From: Trichormus sp. ATA11-4-KO1 | Lineage (GTDB): Bacteria; Cyanobacteriota; Cyanobacteriia; Cyanobacteriales; Nostocaceae | Assembly (NCBI GenBank): GCA_019358915.1 | Contig: JAHHIM010000073.1 | Coordinates: 32,001 to 96,000 of the forward strand | DNA length: 64,000 nt | Direction: 5' to 3' | Shown here: positions 27,932-36,949 of the stretch, one piece after another | Layout of the letters: each line of letters opens with the position of its first letter | Position numbering within the stretch: the first letter of the stretch is position 1 | Notes under the pieces: model-generated | Told to the model about the DNA's origin: nothing | What the model saw: the letters and a program-made list of their open reading frames with translations, nothing else | Database searches by the model: none | Made by a program: the position numbers and the translations under genes

Positions 27932-30900
27932 ATGAAAACCTTTCTCACTCGCTGGTCGATTAAGCATCCAGTTGTGGTTGCGGCACTGTACATTGCTGTG
28001 CTGGTACTATCTGTGCTGACCTTGGTGCTACTGCCGGTACGAATGATGCCCTATGTAGAAAGTCCTTTAGTGTCGATTATAACAATGGCACCCGGTTCCT
28101 CACCGACGGAAGTAGAAACATACATCAGCAAGCCGATTGAGCAACGGATGACGGTGCTGGACGGGGTGCGGTTCATCCGCTCTAGCTCCCAGCAGGATAT
28201 GTCGCTGGTGACGATTCAATTTGCTTGGGGCGGCGACATCGGTAAAGCAGTGCAGTCGGTGCAGAGCTTAATGACGGCAGCAGAGGGGGATATTGAGCTG
28301 GATGGCTTCAATTCTCGTTCTTACTGGGTATTGCCCATCGATCCGTTAAACCGACCGGTGCTGACCCTGGCACTGCGGGGAGAAGGCTGGAATCCTGTGC
28401 AGTTAAGGGAATTTGCCGACAATACCCTAGTGGATCGGCTGACCCAAGTGCCAAACGTGCAGGCGGTGTCGATCTTTGGCGGCTATCGACGGCAACTTCA
28501 GGTGGTGGTAGATCGGCAGAAACTGGCAGCCTACGGACTATCAATTTTGCAGGTACGGGATGCGATCGATGCAAATAACGTCAGCCAAGGGGCAGGTGTG
28601 CTGACTCTTGGCAACTCGGAAATTTTAGTGCGGGCAGATAAGCGGGCGCTGAGTGCCGCCGATGTGATGGACTATCCGTTGCTGGAACAGGACGGGCAGG
28701 TGGTTTACATTCGCGATGTGGCAACAGTAAAGGACACCTTTGAGGAGCGACGTAGTGGCTACCGCTATAACAAAGAGGCGGCTCTGGCGGTCAATATTAT
28801 TCAGAAGCCCGACTCTAGCTCGCCCAAGGTAATCAAGCAGGTACGCGCAGAACTGGCGCGGATTCAGGCGGAAAATCCCGGACTCACATTTCAGGAAGCC
28901 TATGACAACTCCTATCTGGTCAATATTATTCTCAACAGCACTTTTCAAGAGTTGCTAATCAGCGTGCTGCTGGCGGGGATTGTGATTCTGATTTTCCTAG
29001 AGGATTTTCGAGCCACTGCGATTATCATGATCTCTATCCCCACGTCTCTGGCGCTCTCAACTTTGCCCTTCATCCCCATTGAGATGTCCCTCAATTCCTC
29101 CACGCTGATTGGGATGATGATGGCGATCGGCAAGCTGGTGGATGACTCCATCATTGTGATTGACTCCATTGATCGGAAACTTAGGGAAGGCTTACAGCCT
29201 TTGCAGGCAGCGATTCAGGGTACGGGGGAAGTATTTCTAGCTAGTGCGGCGGCAAGCTGCGTGATGATAGCAGCATTGCTGCCAACCATTTTGGCTGGAG
29301 GGCTGACGGGGCTAATGTTTGTGGGCATTGTTTGGCCAATGGTGTTTGCGTTTATTGCTTCGCTGATTGTGTCGGTGACGCTGATTCCGTTGATTGCGGC
29401 GTTTGTGCTGAAGCCTCCCCAAGCAAAGCGGCGGCAGAGTTGGTTGCGATCGTTGCTGATTCCAGTACGAGTTGGTTTTCAGCGACTAGAACAGGGCTAT
29501 GGCTGGCTGCTTGATCATTGCATGAACAATCGAGAGATTACCCTGGCGATCGCCGGAGTATCTATTGTGTTAGCCGTTGCCCTCTATGCCTTTGTGCCCC
29601 AAGAAATGATGCCCCTAGGGGATTCCGGTCAGTTCATGGCCTCCCTAGAAATGGAGGCGGGCACTTCTTTTGCGATGACGGACGAGAGTACCTACCGCTT
29701 TGAGCAGATTTTGTTAGCCCAGCCCGATGTTGAGAAAGTATCGTCCCAAATCGGCTTTGAGCTGACCCGCAACAGCACCTACTTCAGTGGCTACAGCATG
29801 AATAGCGTCAATGCTGCTTCCCTGATCGTCACCCTCAAAGATCAGCGCAGCCGCGACATCTGGGAAATCATGGACAGCATTGAGGCAGATGCCCATCGCA
29901 CCATTCCCGGACTGCGCCGCATTGCCCTGAAGGAGATGGGAGTAGATGTGATGTCCACCTCCGCCGCTCCCATCCAACTAGCGGTCTATGGTGAAGATTT
30001 GAACACTCTGCACCGTTTAGCTGAAGGCGTGTTACGCATTGCTGAAGACACCCCAGGCTTAGTCATGGCTCAGACCAGTTCGACCCTGACCCAGCCAGAA
30101 TATCAGATAGAGGTGGATCGCCGCCGCGCCGAAGAATTAGGGATGAATGTACGCATGGTAGCAGAACAAGCCCGCTATGCCCTTAACGGCGGCTTTACTC
30201 GCCGTTACTACAACCGCCCCAACCTGCGGCAAAACTCGATCTTGGTGCGCTACGACGAAGCTGATCGCGGTACGCCGGACGACCTGGCAGGCACCTACAT
30301 CACTACTCCCACAGGACAGCAAGTGCCATTGAATACAGTTGCAACTCTGGAACGCCGGAATGGTCCGACTCTGATTGAACACGTCAACGGTAAGCGGGTA
30401 GTGTACATTAACGGTTACTACCGCAAAGATGGACCTGCCTCTATGGATCTGTCTATGGCAGTAGCCATGCGGGCAGGCAGGGATCTGAATTTCCCGCCCG
30501 GTTACGGACTTGACTCGATGGGCGACATGACTGACATGATGATCGAGTTTGAGCGTCTGCTCAAGGGCTTGCTGGTATCACTGATTTTGATCTACCTAAT
30601 TTTGGTGATTCAGTTTGGCTCCTTCATTCAGCCTCTGATTATGATGGGGGCGATACCATTGCAACTTGTCGGTATTTTCGGTGGCCTTATCCTCGCCCAA
30701 CAAACCCTTTCGACGGTTTCGATTCTGGGCATTGTGATTCTGTCAGGATTGTCTCTGTCATCAGCGATTCTGTTGCTGGAACTGGTGTTGGCAAAGCGAG
30801 AAGAAGGAGTCCCCCGCGACATTGCTATTCGCATGGCAGGACCGGTGCGCTTGAAAGCCATCACCATGACCACCCTGACGACGATGATCGTGATTGTGCG

Positions 30901-31087
30901 GCTAGCTTTTTTCCCAGACATTGGTATGGATGCCTACTCACCGATCGCTACAGTTATTCTAGGAGGATTGAGTATTTCTACGCTGCTCACTCTCATTGTT
31001 ATTCCTGTCATGCACTCGGTAGTAGACGATGGAATTCAATTATTTGCCCGTTTACGGAAGAAACCGCAACGTAAAAAACAGGGATAA
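27932..31087 (+). CDS. RND efflux permease (AcrB-fold, atypical TM motifs)
   Basis: 1051 aa. APGSSPTEVETYISKPIE, TM4 AIGKLVDDSII, QFGSFIQPLIIM and ILGGLSISTLLTLIVIP. Confidence 0.9.
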   Translation: MKTFLTRWSIKHPVVVAALYIAVLVLSVLTLVLLPVRMMPYVESPLVSIITMAPGSSPTEVETYISKPIEQRMTVLDGVRFIRSSSQQDMSLVTIQFAWGGDIGKAVQSVQSLMTAAEGDIELDGFNSRSYWVLPIDPLNRPVLTLALRGEGWNPVQLREFADNTLVDRLTQVPNVQAVSIFGGYRRQLQVVVDRQKLAAYGLSILQVRDAIDANNVSQGAGVLTLGNSEILVRADKRALSAADVMDYPLLEQDGQVVYIRDVATVKDTFEERRSGYRYNKEAALAVNIIQKPDSSSPKVIKQVRAELARIQAENPGLTFQEAYDNSYLVNIILNSTFQELLISVLLAGIVILIFLEDFRATAIIMISIPTSLALSTLPFIPIEMSLNSSTLIGMMMAIGKLVDDSIIVIDSIDRKLREGLQPLQAAIQGTGEVFLASAAASCVMIAALLPTILAGGLTGLMFVGIVWPMVFAFIASLIVSVTLIPLIAAFVLKPPQAKRRQSWLRSLLIPVRVGFQRLEQGYGWLLDHCMNNREITLAIAGVSIVLAVALYAFVPQEMMPLGDSGQFMASLEMEAGTSFAMTDESTYRFEQILLAQPDVEKVSSQIGFELTRNSTYFSGYSMNSVNAASLIVTLKDQRSRDIWEIMDSIEADAHRTIPGLRRIALKEMGVDVMSTSAAPIQLAVYGEDLNTLHRLAEGVLRIAEDTPGLVMAQTSSTLTQPEYQIEVDRRRAEELGMNVRMVAEQARYALNGGFTRRYYNRPNLRQNSILVRYDEADRGTPDDLAGTYITTPTGQQVPLNTVATLERRNGPTLIEHVNGKRVVYINGYYRKDGPASMDLSMAVAMRAGRDLNFPPGYGLDSMGDMTDMMIEFERLLKGLLVSLILIYLILVIQFGSFIQPLIMMGAIPLQLVGIFGGLILAQQTLSTVSILGIVILSGLSLSSAILLLELVLAKREEGVPRDIAIRMAGPVRLKAITMTTLTTMIVIVRLAFFPDIGMDAYSPIATVILGGLSISTLLTLIVIPVMHSVVDDGIQLFARLRKKPQRKKQG

Positions 31088-31155
31088 TTTCAACTCTGGG
31101 GAAATTGATTCAATTTGGAAAGGTTGAGTGCTAAGAAAAAAGTTTTACGAATCTC

Positions 31156-31187
31156 TTGACTCTCTAGTTGACTAGAGAATTTAACAT
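31156..31187 (+). promoter_or_regulatory. MerR-type promoter/operator 2
   Basis: TTGACT, 20-bp spacer, TAACAT. Perfect dyad TCTCTAGT-TG-ACTAGAGA at 31161-31178. Confidence 0.88.
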
Positions 31188-31221
31188 AGATTTTAGTAGA
31201 TCAAAAAATTAAGGAGTAACA

Positions 31222-31536
31222 ATGAATATGTCTGCACGTACTAAGAAAATAATAATTCGCTCTACTGTGGCTGGTCTAGCACTGTTCGGGCTGACAGCGA
31301 TTCCAGTGTTTGCACACAATCGTAACCAATCTGAAACATCTTCTGCATCTGAGACAACTTTGGCTCAAGCACAAACAACCCCAACAAAAGCACAGATGAA
31401 CCAAATGATGGAGCGGTGCAACTCCATGATGAGCATGATGCAGAAAATGATGGACAATGGCAATATGCCTGGGATGATGAATGACCAGAACAATAAACCT
31501 GGGCAAGGTACAATGAACCGCACAATGGGACAATAG
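31222..31536 (+). CDS. Small secreted Met-rich protein
   Basis: AAGGAG RBS, Sec signal ending VFA|H, 16 Met in 104 aa (QMNQMMERCNSMMSMMQKMM). Confidence 0.8.
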   Translation: MNMSARTKKIIIRSTVAGLALFGLTAIPVFAHNRNQSETSSASETTLAQAQTTPTKAQMNQMMERCNSMMSMMQKMMDNGNMPGMMNDQNNKPGQGTMNRTMGQ

Positions 31537-31825
31537 TCGCCCTTCAATCTAGATGGATGCCTAAGCCAGGAAGTCACCCCCCTTGAAAAGCTACCGTGTA
31601 TACACAAGTCCACCCTGAGGAAGTTTCCAGCCGAAAAAGATAGATTCAAATTGCCGTAAACGGGGTCAAATGAGCAATGGTACGTGCGACCCGAAGTCGC
31701 ACAGGAGACTAAAGAAGCTTTGACTACCACTGATTGTTCGCCCTTGGCGTTCCCGTTCACGGAGTGTCCCGGAGGGAAGGGTAGACCACCAAATCAAAGA
31801 TTTGGTGGGGGCTTGTACCCTCTTT

Positions 31826-31846
31826 AATTACGAATTACGAATTACG
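31826..31846. repeat. STRR heptamer array (AATTACG)x3
   Basis: Three exact units; overlaps the stop codon of the COG0523 gene. Confidence 0.8.
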
Positions 31847-32885
31847 AGAGACAAACACAGTTTTCTAATTGAGTAAGTAAAGTTTCTCGATCCAGATTTT
31901 GACCAATTAGGACTAATTGATTTTTTGGTTCACCTTTCCATTCATCATCATCTAAGGTAAAGCGCTTACCACAAAGATGGAAAATATGCCGCTTGGGACT
32001 TTCATCAAACCAGATAATTCCTTTGGCCCGGAAAATAGTCGAGGGTAGTTGGTTATCTAAGAAATACTGAAACTTTCTGATGGCAAAAGGCTGATCACTT
32101 TGGAAAGATATAGAAGTAAAACCGTCATTTTCTAAATGGTGGGAATGATGGTGATGGTCATGATGGTCGTGATCGCATGTTGAATGGTCGTGGTGTTCAT
32201 GGTCATGATCATGTTCATCCACAGCATCAAAATATTTGTCAGATTCAAACAATCCTACACTGAGAATTAAAGGTAGTGGCACTTGCGATCGCTGGGTGCG
32301 AATAATTCTTGCACCTTCTTTTACTTCATTAATTTTTCTTTCCAACTCATCCAAAGCAGCTGCATCAACCAAATCTGCCTTGTTGAGAATAATGACATCA
32401 CCATAGGCGATCTGACTATACGCCGCCTGAGAGTTGAATAAATCCAGACTATAATTAGCTGCATCTACTACAGTGATAATCGAATCTAGACGAGTTAAAT
32501 CTCGTAATTCTGTGCCAAGAAATGTTAAAGCTACTGGTAATGGATCTGCCAGCCCAGTTGTTTCTACAACCAAGTAATCTAAGCTTTCTTGACGTTCTAA
32601 AACTTGATAAACCGCATCTACTAAATCATTATTAATAGTGCAGCAAATACAACCGTTGTTTAACTCCACCATATTCTCGTCGGTGGAGACAATTAACTCG
32701 TTATCGATGCCAATTTCACCAAATTCATTGACTAAAACTGCGGTTTTTAGCCCCTGTTGGTTACTGAGGATATGATTTAATAAAGTCGTTTTGCCACTAC
32801 CAAGAAACCCAGTAATAATAGTGACTGGCATTCCTTGCTTGGGCGCATCCATTGCTGGAAATTCGGAAGTAACTACTGATTGCAT
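31842..32885 (-). CDS. COG0523/CobW-family metallochaperone GTPase (copy 1)
   Basis: TGFLGSGKTT, VNEFGE, GCICC, ETTGLADP, NKAD, His-rich loop, RAKG. Confidence 0.95.
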   Translation of the reverse strand: MQSVVTSEFPAMDAPKQGMPVTIITGFLGSGKTTLLNHILSNQQGLKTAVLVNEFGEIGIDNELIVSTDENMVELNNGCICCTINNDLVDAVYQVLERQESLDYLVVETTGLADPLPVALTFLGTELRDLTRLDSIITVVDAANYSLDLFNSQAAYSQIAYGDVIILNKADLVDAAALDELERKINEVKEGARIIRTQRSQVPLPLILSVGLFESDKYFDAVDEHDHDHEHHDHSTCDHDHHDHHHHSHHLENDGFTSISFQSDQPFAIRKFQYFLDNQLPSTIFRAKGIIWFDESPKRHIFHLCGKRFTLDDDEWKGEPKNQLVLIGQNLDRETLLTQLENCVCLS

Positions 32886-32918
32886 ATCGCTGTGATCAAA
32901 AAGTTAGAAAATATGAAT

Positions 32919-32945
32919 GTAATTCGTAATTCGTAATTCGTAATT
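32919..32945. repeat. STRR heptamer array (GTAATTC)n
   Basis: Three exact units plus a partial unit in the COG0523/cysS divergent intergenic region. Confidence 0.8.
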
Positions 32946-33082
32946 ACGATACCGTTAGCGTTCATTTGCGAGGAATAGATGGTTTATTTCTGCCGTGCCG
33001 TACTAGCATAGGGATAGTGGGCTGTTATTGCAGCTGTTTTACCCTATTATTACGTATCTCTAGATTTGATAATCACTCTGTT

Positions 33083-34522
33083 ATGACCCTAACTCTGTAC
33101 AATACTCTCACCCGTCGTCAAGAACCGTTTAAAACAGTAGAACCAGGGAAGGTTAAGATGTACTGCTGCGGGATGACGGTGTATGATTACTGCCATTTGG
33201 GTCATGCCAGAGCCTGCATTGTTTGGGATGTAGTGCGTCGATATCTCCAGTTTATCGGCTATGAGGTACGCTATATCCAAAATTTTACCGATATTGATGA
33301 TAAGATTCTCAAGCGATCGCGCGAAGAACATACATCAATGTCAGCTGTGGCTGAACGCTTTATTCAGGCGTACTTTGAGGATATGGCGCGGCTGGGAATC
33401 AAAGAAGCCGATGAGTATCCCCGTGCTACCCACACCATGAATGGCATTCAACGGTTAATTCATGAATTAGAAAATAAAGGCTATGCTTACCCTGCTAATG
33501 GCGATGTTTATTATGCAGTGCGGCAATTTAATGAGTATGGCAAGTTGTCTGGACGTAAGTTAGAAGATATGCAAGCCGGTGCTAGCGATCGCGTGCATAT
33601 AGAAGATCCAGAATATCAAAAAAAGAAAGACCCCTTTGATTTTGCCTTGTGGAAAGCGGCAAAACCAGAAGAACCAGCTTGGGAATCACCGTGGGGTAAA
33701 GGCCGTCCGGGATGGCATATTGAATGCTCGGCGATGGTGCGCGATCGCCTGGGTGAGACAATAGATATTCATGCTGGTGGTGCTGACTTAATTTTTCCTC
33801 ACCATGAAAATGAAATTGCCCAATCTGAACCAGTTACAGGCAAACCCCTGGCGCTTTATTGGCTGCATAACGGCATGGTAAAAGTGGATGGTGAGAAAAT
33901 GTCTAAATCTTTGGGCAACTTTACCACCATTCGAGACTTGCTAGATCGAGGCGTTGAGCCAATGGCAGTCCGGTTATTTGTACTGATGGCACAATATCGT
34001 AAACCCATTGATTTTACCGACGAAGCGATCGCCGCAGCTACTAACGGTTGGCACACCCTCCAAGAAGGTTTACTGTTTGGCTATCAATATGGTGGACAAC
34101 TGGGGAGTGGGGAGTACCTAACTTCTGATATCCACGTCAAACGTTTCCAAGAGGCGGTAAATGATGACTTTAATTTTCCGGGAGGGTTAGCAGTGCTATT
34201 TGAATTAGCTAAGGAACTGCGCCGCAAGGGAAATATTATTGTGCATCAAGGAAAGACCGACACACCACTAGAGGAGTTACAAAAACAGTGGCGAACACTG
34301 GTAATGTTAGCAGAGGTTTTGGGTTTAGCAGCCAAGCCAGAAGCAGAAACTGCCACAATTGAGGGTTTAAGTGACGCCGAAATTGAAGATTTGATTCAAC
34401 AACGACAAACAGCCCGTAAAGCCAAGAATTTTGCCGAAAGCGATCGCCTCCGTGATCAACTACAAGCACAAGGTATTACCTTAATTGATAGTCGTGATGG
34501 CACTCGTTGGCATCGTAATTAA
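33083..34522 (+). CDS. cysS: Cysteine--tRNA ligase
   Basis: LYNTLTR, CG.TVYD..HLGHAR, DFALWK, GRPGWHIECSAM, FPHHENE and KMSKS. Start at ATG 33083. Confidence 0.98.
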   Translation: MTLTLYNTLTRRQEPFKTVEPGKVKMYCCGMTVYDYCHLGHARACIVWDVVRRYLQFIGYEVRYIQNFTDIDDKILKRSREEHTSMSAVAERFIQAYFEDMARLGIKEADEYPRATHTMNGIQRLIHELENKGYAYPANGDVYYAVRQFNEYGKLSGRKLEDMQAGASDRVHIEDPEYQKKKDPFDFALWKAAKPEEPAWESPWGKGRPGWHIECSAMVRDRLGETIDIHAGGADLIFPHHENEIAQSEPVTGKPLALYWLHNGMVKVDGEKMSKSLGNFTTIRDLLDRGVEPMAVRLFVLMAQYRKPIDFTDEAIAAATNGWHTLQEGLLFGYQYGGQLGSGEYLTSDIHVKRFQEAVNDDFNFPGGLAVLFELAKELRRKGNIIVHQGKTDTPLEELQKQWRTLVMLAEVLGLAAKPEAETATIEGLSDAEIEDLIQQRQTARKAKNFAESDRLRDQLQAQGITLIDSRDGTRWHRN

Positions 34523-34526
34523 TAGT

Positions 34527-35675
34527 ATGTCTGAACAACGTAAGGCGATTTCTTTATCTGACCTCTTGCTAATTGTCGCCACTTTCTTTGTGGTGGTTTT
34601 GTTGTGGCAATTACGGAGTTTGTTAGTAACTTTAATGATTGCAGTAGTTTTGGCTGCGGCGATCGCGCCTATAGTGAACGCCGCCGAAAAATTACGTATT
34701 CCCCGTTGGCTAGGCGTAATTGTGGTGTATGTTAGCCTGATTGCTGGCTTAGTTGGGGCTGGTTTGATTATTGGCCCCTCGGTTTCTGAACAAATTCAAC
34801 GATTAGTCAGTAAACTGCCGATTTATTTAGATAATTTGTGGATGGCGGCTGAAAATTTAGCCCTGCGACTGGGAATTACTCAAATAGAATCAGTAGAGCA
34901 ATTTTTTGATATTCAATCCCTGACTAATTGGTTGTTTCGCTCCAGTCAGCAGCTACTCGTGCGTTCTTTTGGCTTTACTCGTGGCTTTATTGGCGGGATA
35001 GTAAATCTGATTTTGGCTTTGGTTATGTCCGCTTATATGGTTGCTGGGAGCAAAAATTTAATTCAAGGTCTGGTGAGGTTGTTTCCTCAACCTTGGGACG
35101 AACGTCTAGCCACCCAAGTTGCACCAATTTCTCGCCGCATGGGGGGTTACATTCAAGGTCGAGTTTTGGTTTCGGCTATTTTAGGTTTTGTAATTACTTT
35201 GGGGTTGAGGATTTTAGGACTATCAGAATTTGCCTTAGCGCTTGGTGTGATTGCTGGGTTCACAAATTTAATTCCATTTGTCGGGCCAGTATTAGGGGCA
35301 ATTCCGGCTTTAATTGTTGCTATTCCTCAAGGCGGATTGACTTTTCTTTGGGTATTACTGTTATTTGTGATTATTCAGAATCTAGAAACGTATGTGCTTG
35401 ATCCATTATTGGTAGGTTCGTCTGTACGCGTGCGCCCGTTATATCAACTTTTAGCCGTGCTAGGAGGAACACAAGTTTTAGGAATTATTGGCGCTGTCAT
35501 CGTTCCGCCTTGGGTAGCTGGTGTAGCAGTACTTTTGGAAAATCTCTATTTACGCCCGAAATTGTTGACTGAAAAAAAAGCAAATATCTACGAACTTCCC
35601 ATAAATTCAGATAGCCAACCATTGTCAGACTCAGAGAAACTGGCGACTGGTATTTCTCAAAGTTCGGAAAATTAA
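34527..35675 (+). CDS. AI-2E (PerM) family transporter
   Basis: Multi-TM protein with GYIQGR, NLIPFVGP and QNLE.YVLDP.LVG motifs. Confidence 0.9.
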   Translation: MSEQRKAISLSDLLLIVATFFVVVLLWQLRSLLVTLMIAVVLAAAIAPIVNAAEKLRIPRWLGVIVVYVSLIAGLVGAGLIIGPSVSEQIQRLVSKLPIYLDNLWMAAENLALRLGITQIESVEQFFDIQSLTNWLFRSSQQLLVRSFGFTRGFIGGIVNLILALVMSAYMVAGSKNLIQGLVRLFPQPWDERLATQVAPISRRMGGYIQGRVLVSAILGFVITLGLRILGLSEFALALGVIAGFTNLIPFVGPVLGAIPALIVAIPQGGLTFLWVLLLFVIIQNLETYVLDPLLVGSSVRVRPLYQLLAVLGGTQVLGIIGAVIVPPWVAGVAVLLENLYLRPKLLTEKKANIYELPINSDSQPLSDSEKLATGISQSSEN

Positions 35676-35787
35676 GCACTGTATATCCATTCCGAAGCTC
35701 ATAGCAAAAGTCATCTAAAGATGACTAAACTTCCAAGTATCGAATTCACGTTAGGTTAGAAACCTATGGCCAATATCTAGAGAACCA

Positions 35788-35915
35788 ATATCATGTCCAG
35801 TTAATCAAACTAAATAAAAAATGTTGGCTCGTAGTCAGGACTTTAGTCCTGTCTTTTGGGACTTCAAACCCTACTACAACAGGACTTATGATGGGTGATT
35901 AGGCGGACATCATAT
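35788..35915. mobile_element. MITE-like element containing a REP-like palindrome
   Basis: Left TIR ATATCATGTCCAGTTAATCA; right reverse complement ATATGATGTCCGCCTAATCA (16/20). Internal GTAGTCAGGACTTTAGTCCT...CTACTAC. Confidence 0.55.
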
Positions 35916-36181
35916 AAATCCTTTTAATGGCATGGTTTTCAATCCACTAAAGTGGACTTGAATTATTAGCCAAGAAATTTATTTCTTGGCGGTAGATTGG
36001 TATAGTGCAAGAGTTGAATTAACTTGTATACCAAAATTTTTTGGAAGATATTACAAGAAAATGGTTAATTATTAATTTCTAGTTTTTTTCAATTAATAAT
36101 TGTAGATGTAGAGACAAGTAAATTCTTATCTTTACATCTACAATCCAAGCTAAATAATAAATTTAGCTCTATGAAAATCAT

Positions 36182-36832
36182 TTAATGAAAGTTAGCATTG
36201 TGCCGGATCAAATTCATAAATTCCTCGCGAGTTCTGGCATCTTCTGCAAAAGCACCACGCATGGCACTGCTAACAGTCCAAGAACCGGGTTTTTGCACAC
36301 CACGCATTACCATACACATATGAGTTGCTTCGACTACCACCGCAACCCCTTGGGGTTTGAGTAATCCTTGCAAGGCGTCAGCAATTTGCGTTGTTAGACG
36401 TTCCTGCACTTGTAAGCGTCGTGCATACATTTCACAAATGCGGGCAATTTTTGATAAACCTATCACTTTGCCGTTGGGAATATAGGCTACATGAGCGCGA
36501 CCAATTATTGGTAGGATGTGATGCTCACAGGAACTAAAAATATCGATGTCCCGAATCAACACCATTTCATTTGCATCTTCTGTGAAAACTGCTCCGTTTA
36601 GCAGTTCATCCAAAGATTCGTGATACCCCTTGGTGAGAAACTTCAAGGCTTTCATTACCCTTTTTGGAGTATCTTTGAGTCCTTCGCGATCTGGATCTTC
36701 TCCTAATCCAATCAACAAAGTCCGTACAGCCTGCATCATTTCTGCTTCTGTTACTTTTGGCTGCTTTTTAGTCGCTAAAGATGACAGTACCTGATCGGCA
36801 GAAGTTAGATCGGGACGAATCGATAGAGTCAT
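36182..36832 (-). CDS. folE: GTP cyclohydrolase I (type IA)
   Basis: [28 protein letters not shown] and HMCMVMRG motifs. Confidence 0.97.
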   Translation of the reverse strand: MTLSIRPDLTSADQVLSSLATKKQPKVTEAEMMQAVRTLLIGLGEDPDREGLKDTPKRVMKALKFLTKGYHESLDELLNGAVFTEDANEMVLIRDIDIFSSCEHHILPIIGRAHVAYIPNGKVIGLSKIARICEMYARRLQVQERLTTQIADALQGLLKPQGVAVVVEATHMCMVMRGVQKPGSWTVSSAMRGAFAEDARTREEFMNLIRHNANFH

Positions 36833-36949
36833 TTTGTGAGTTTTGTAGGAATGTTTTGATAAATTAATCAGTTGTCAGATTTCGGTTGCAATTAACCTCT
36901 GACTACCCCTGACTAATGAATGAGTGTAACATAACTTTACACGTTCTCA

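Noticed and set aside
31262..31760. Minus-strand His/Cys-rich ORFs that look metallothionein-like
   Set aside because: They are the antisense of the ATG-rich plus-strand gene (CAT reads as His), which has the RBS, signal peptide and promoter.
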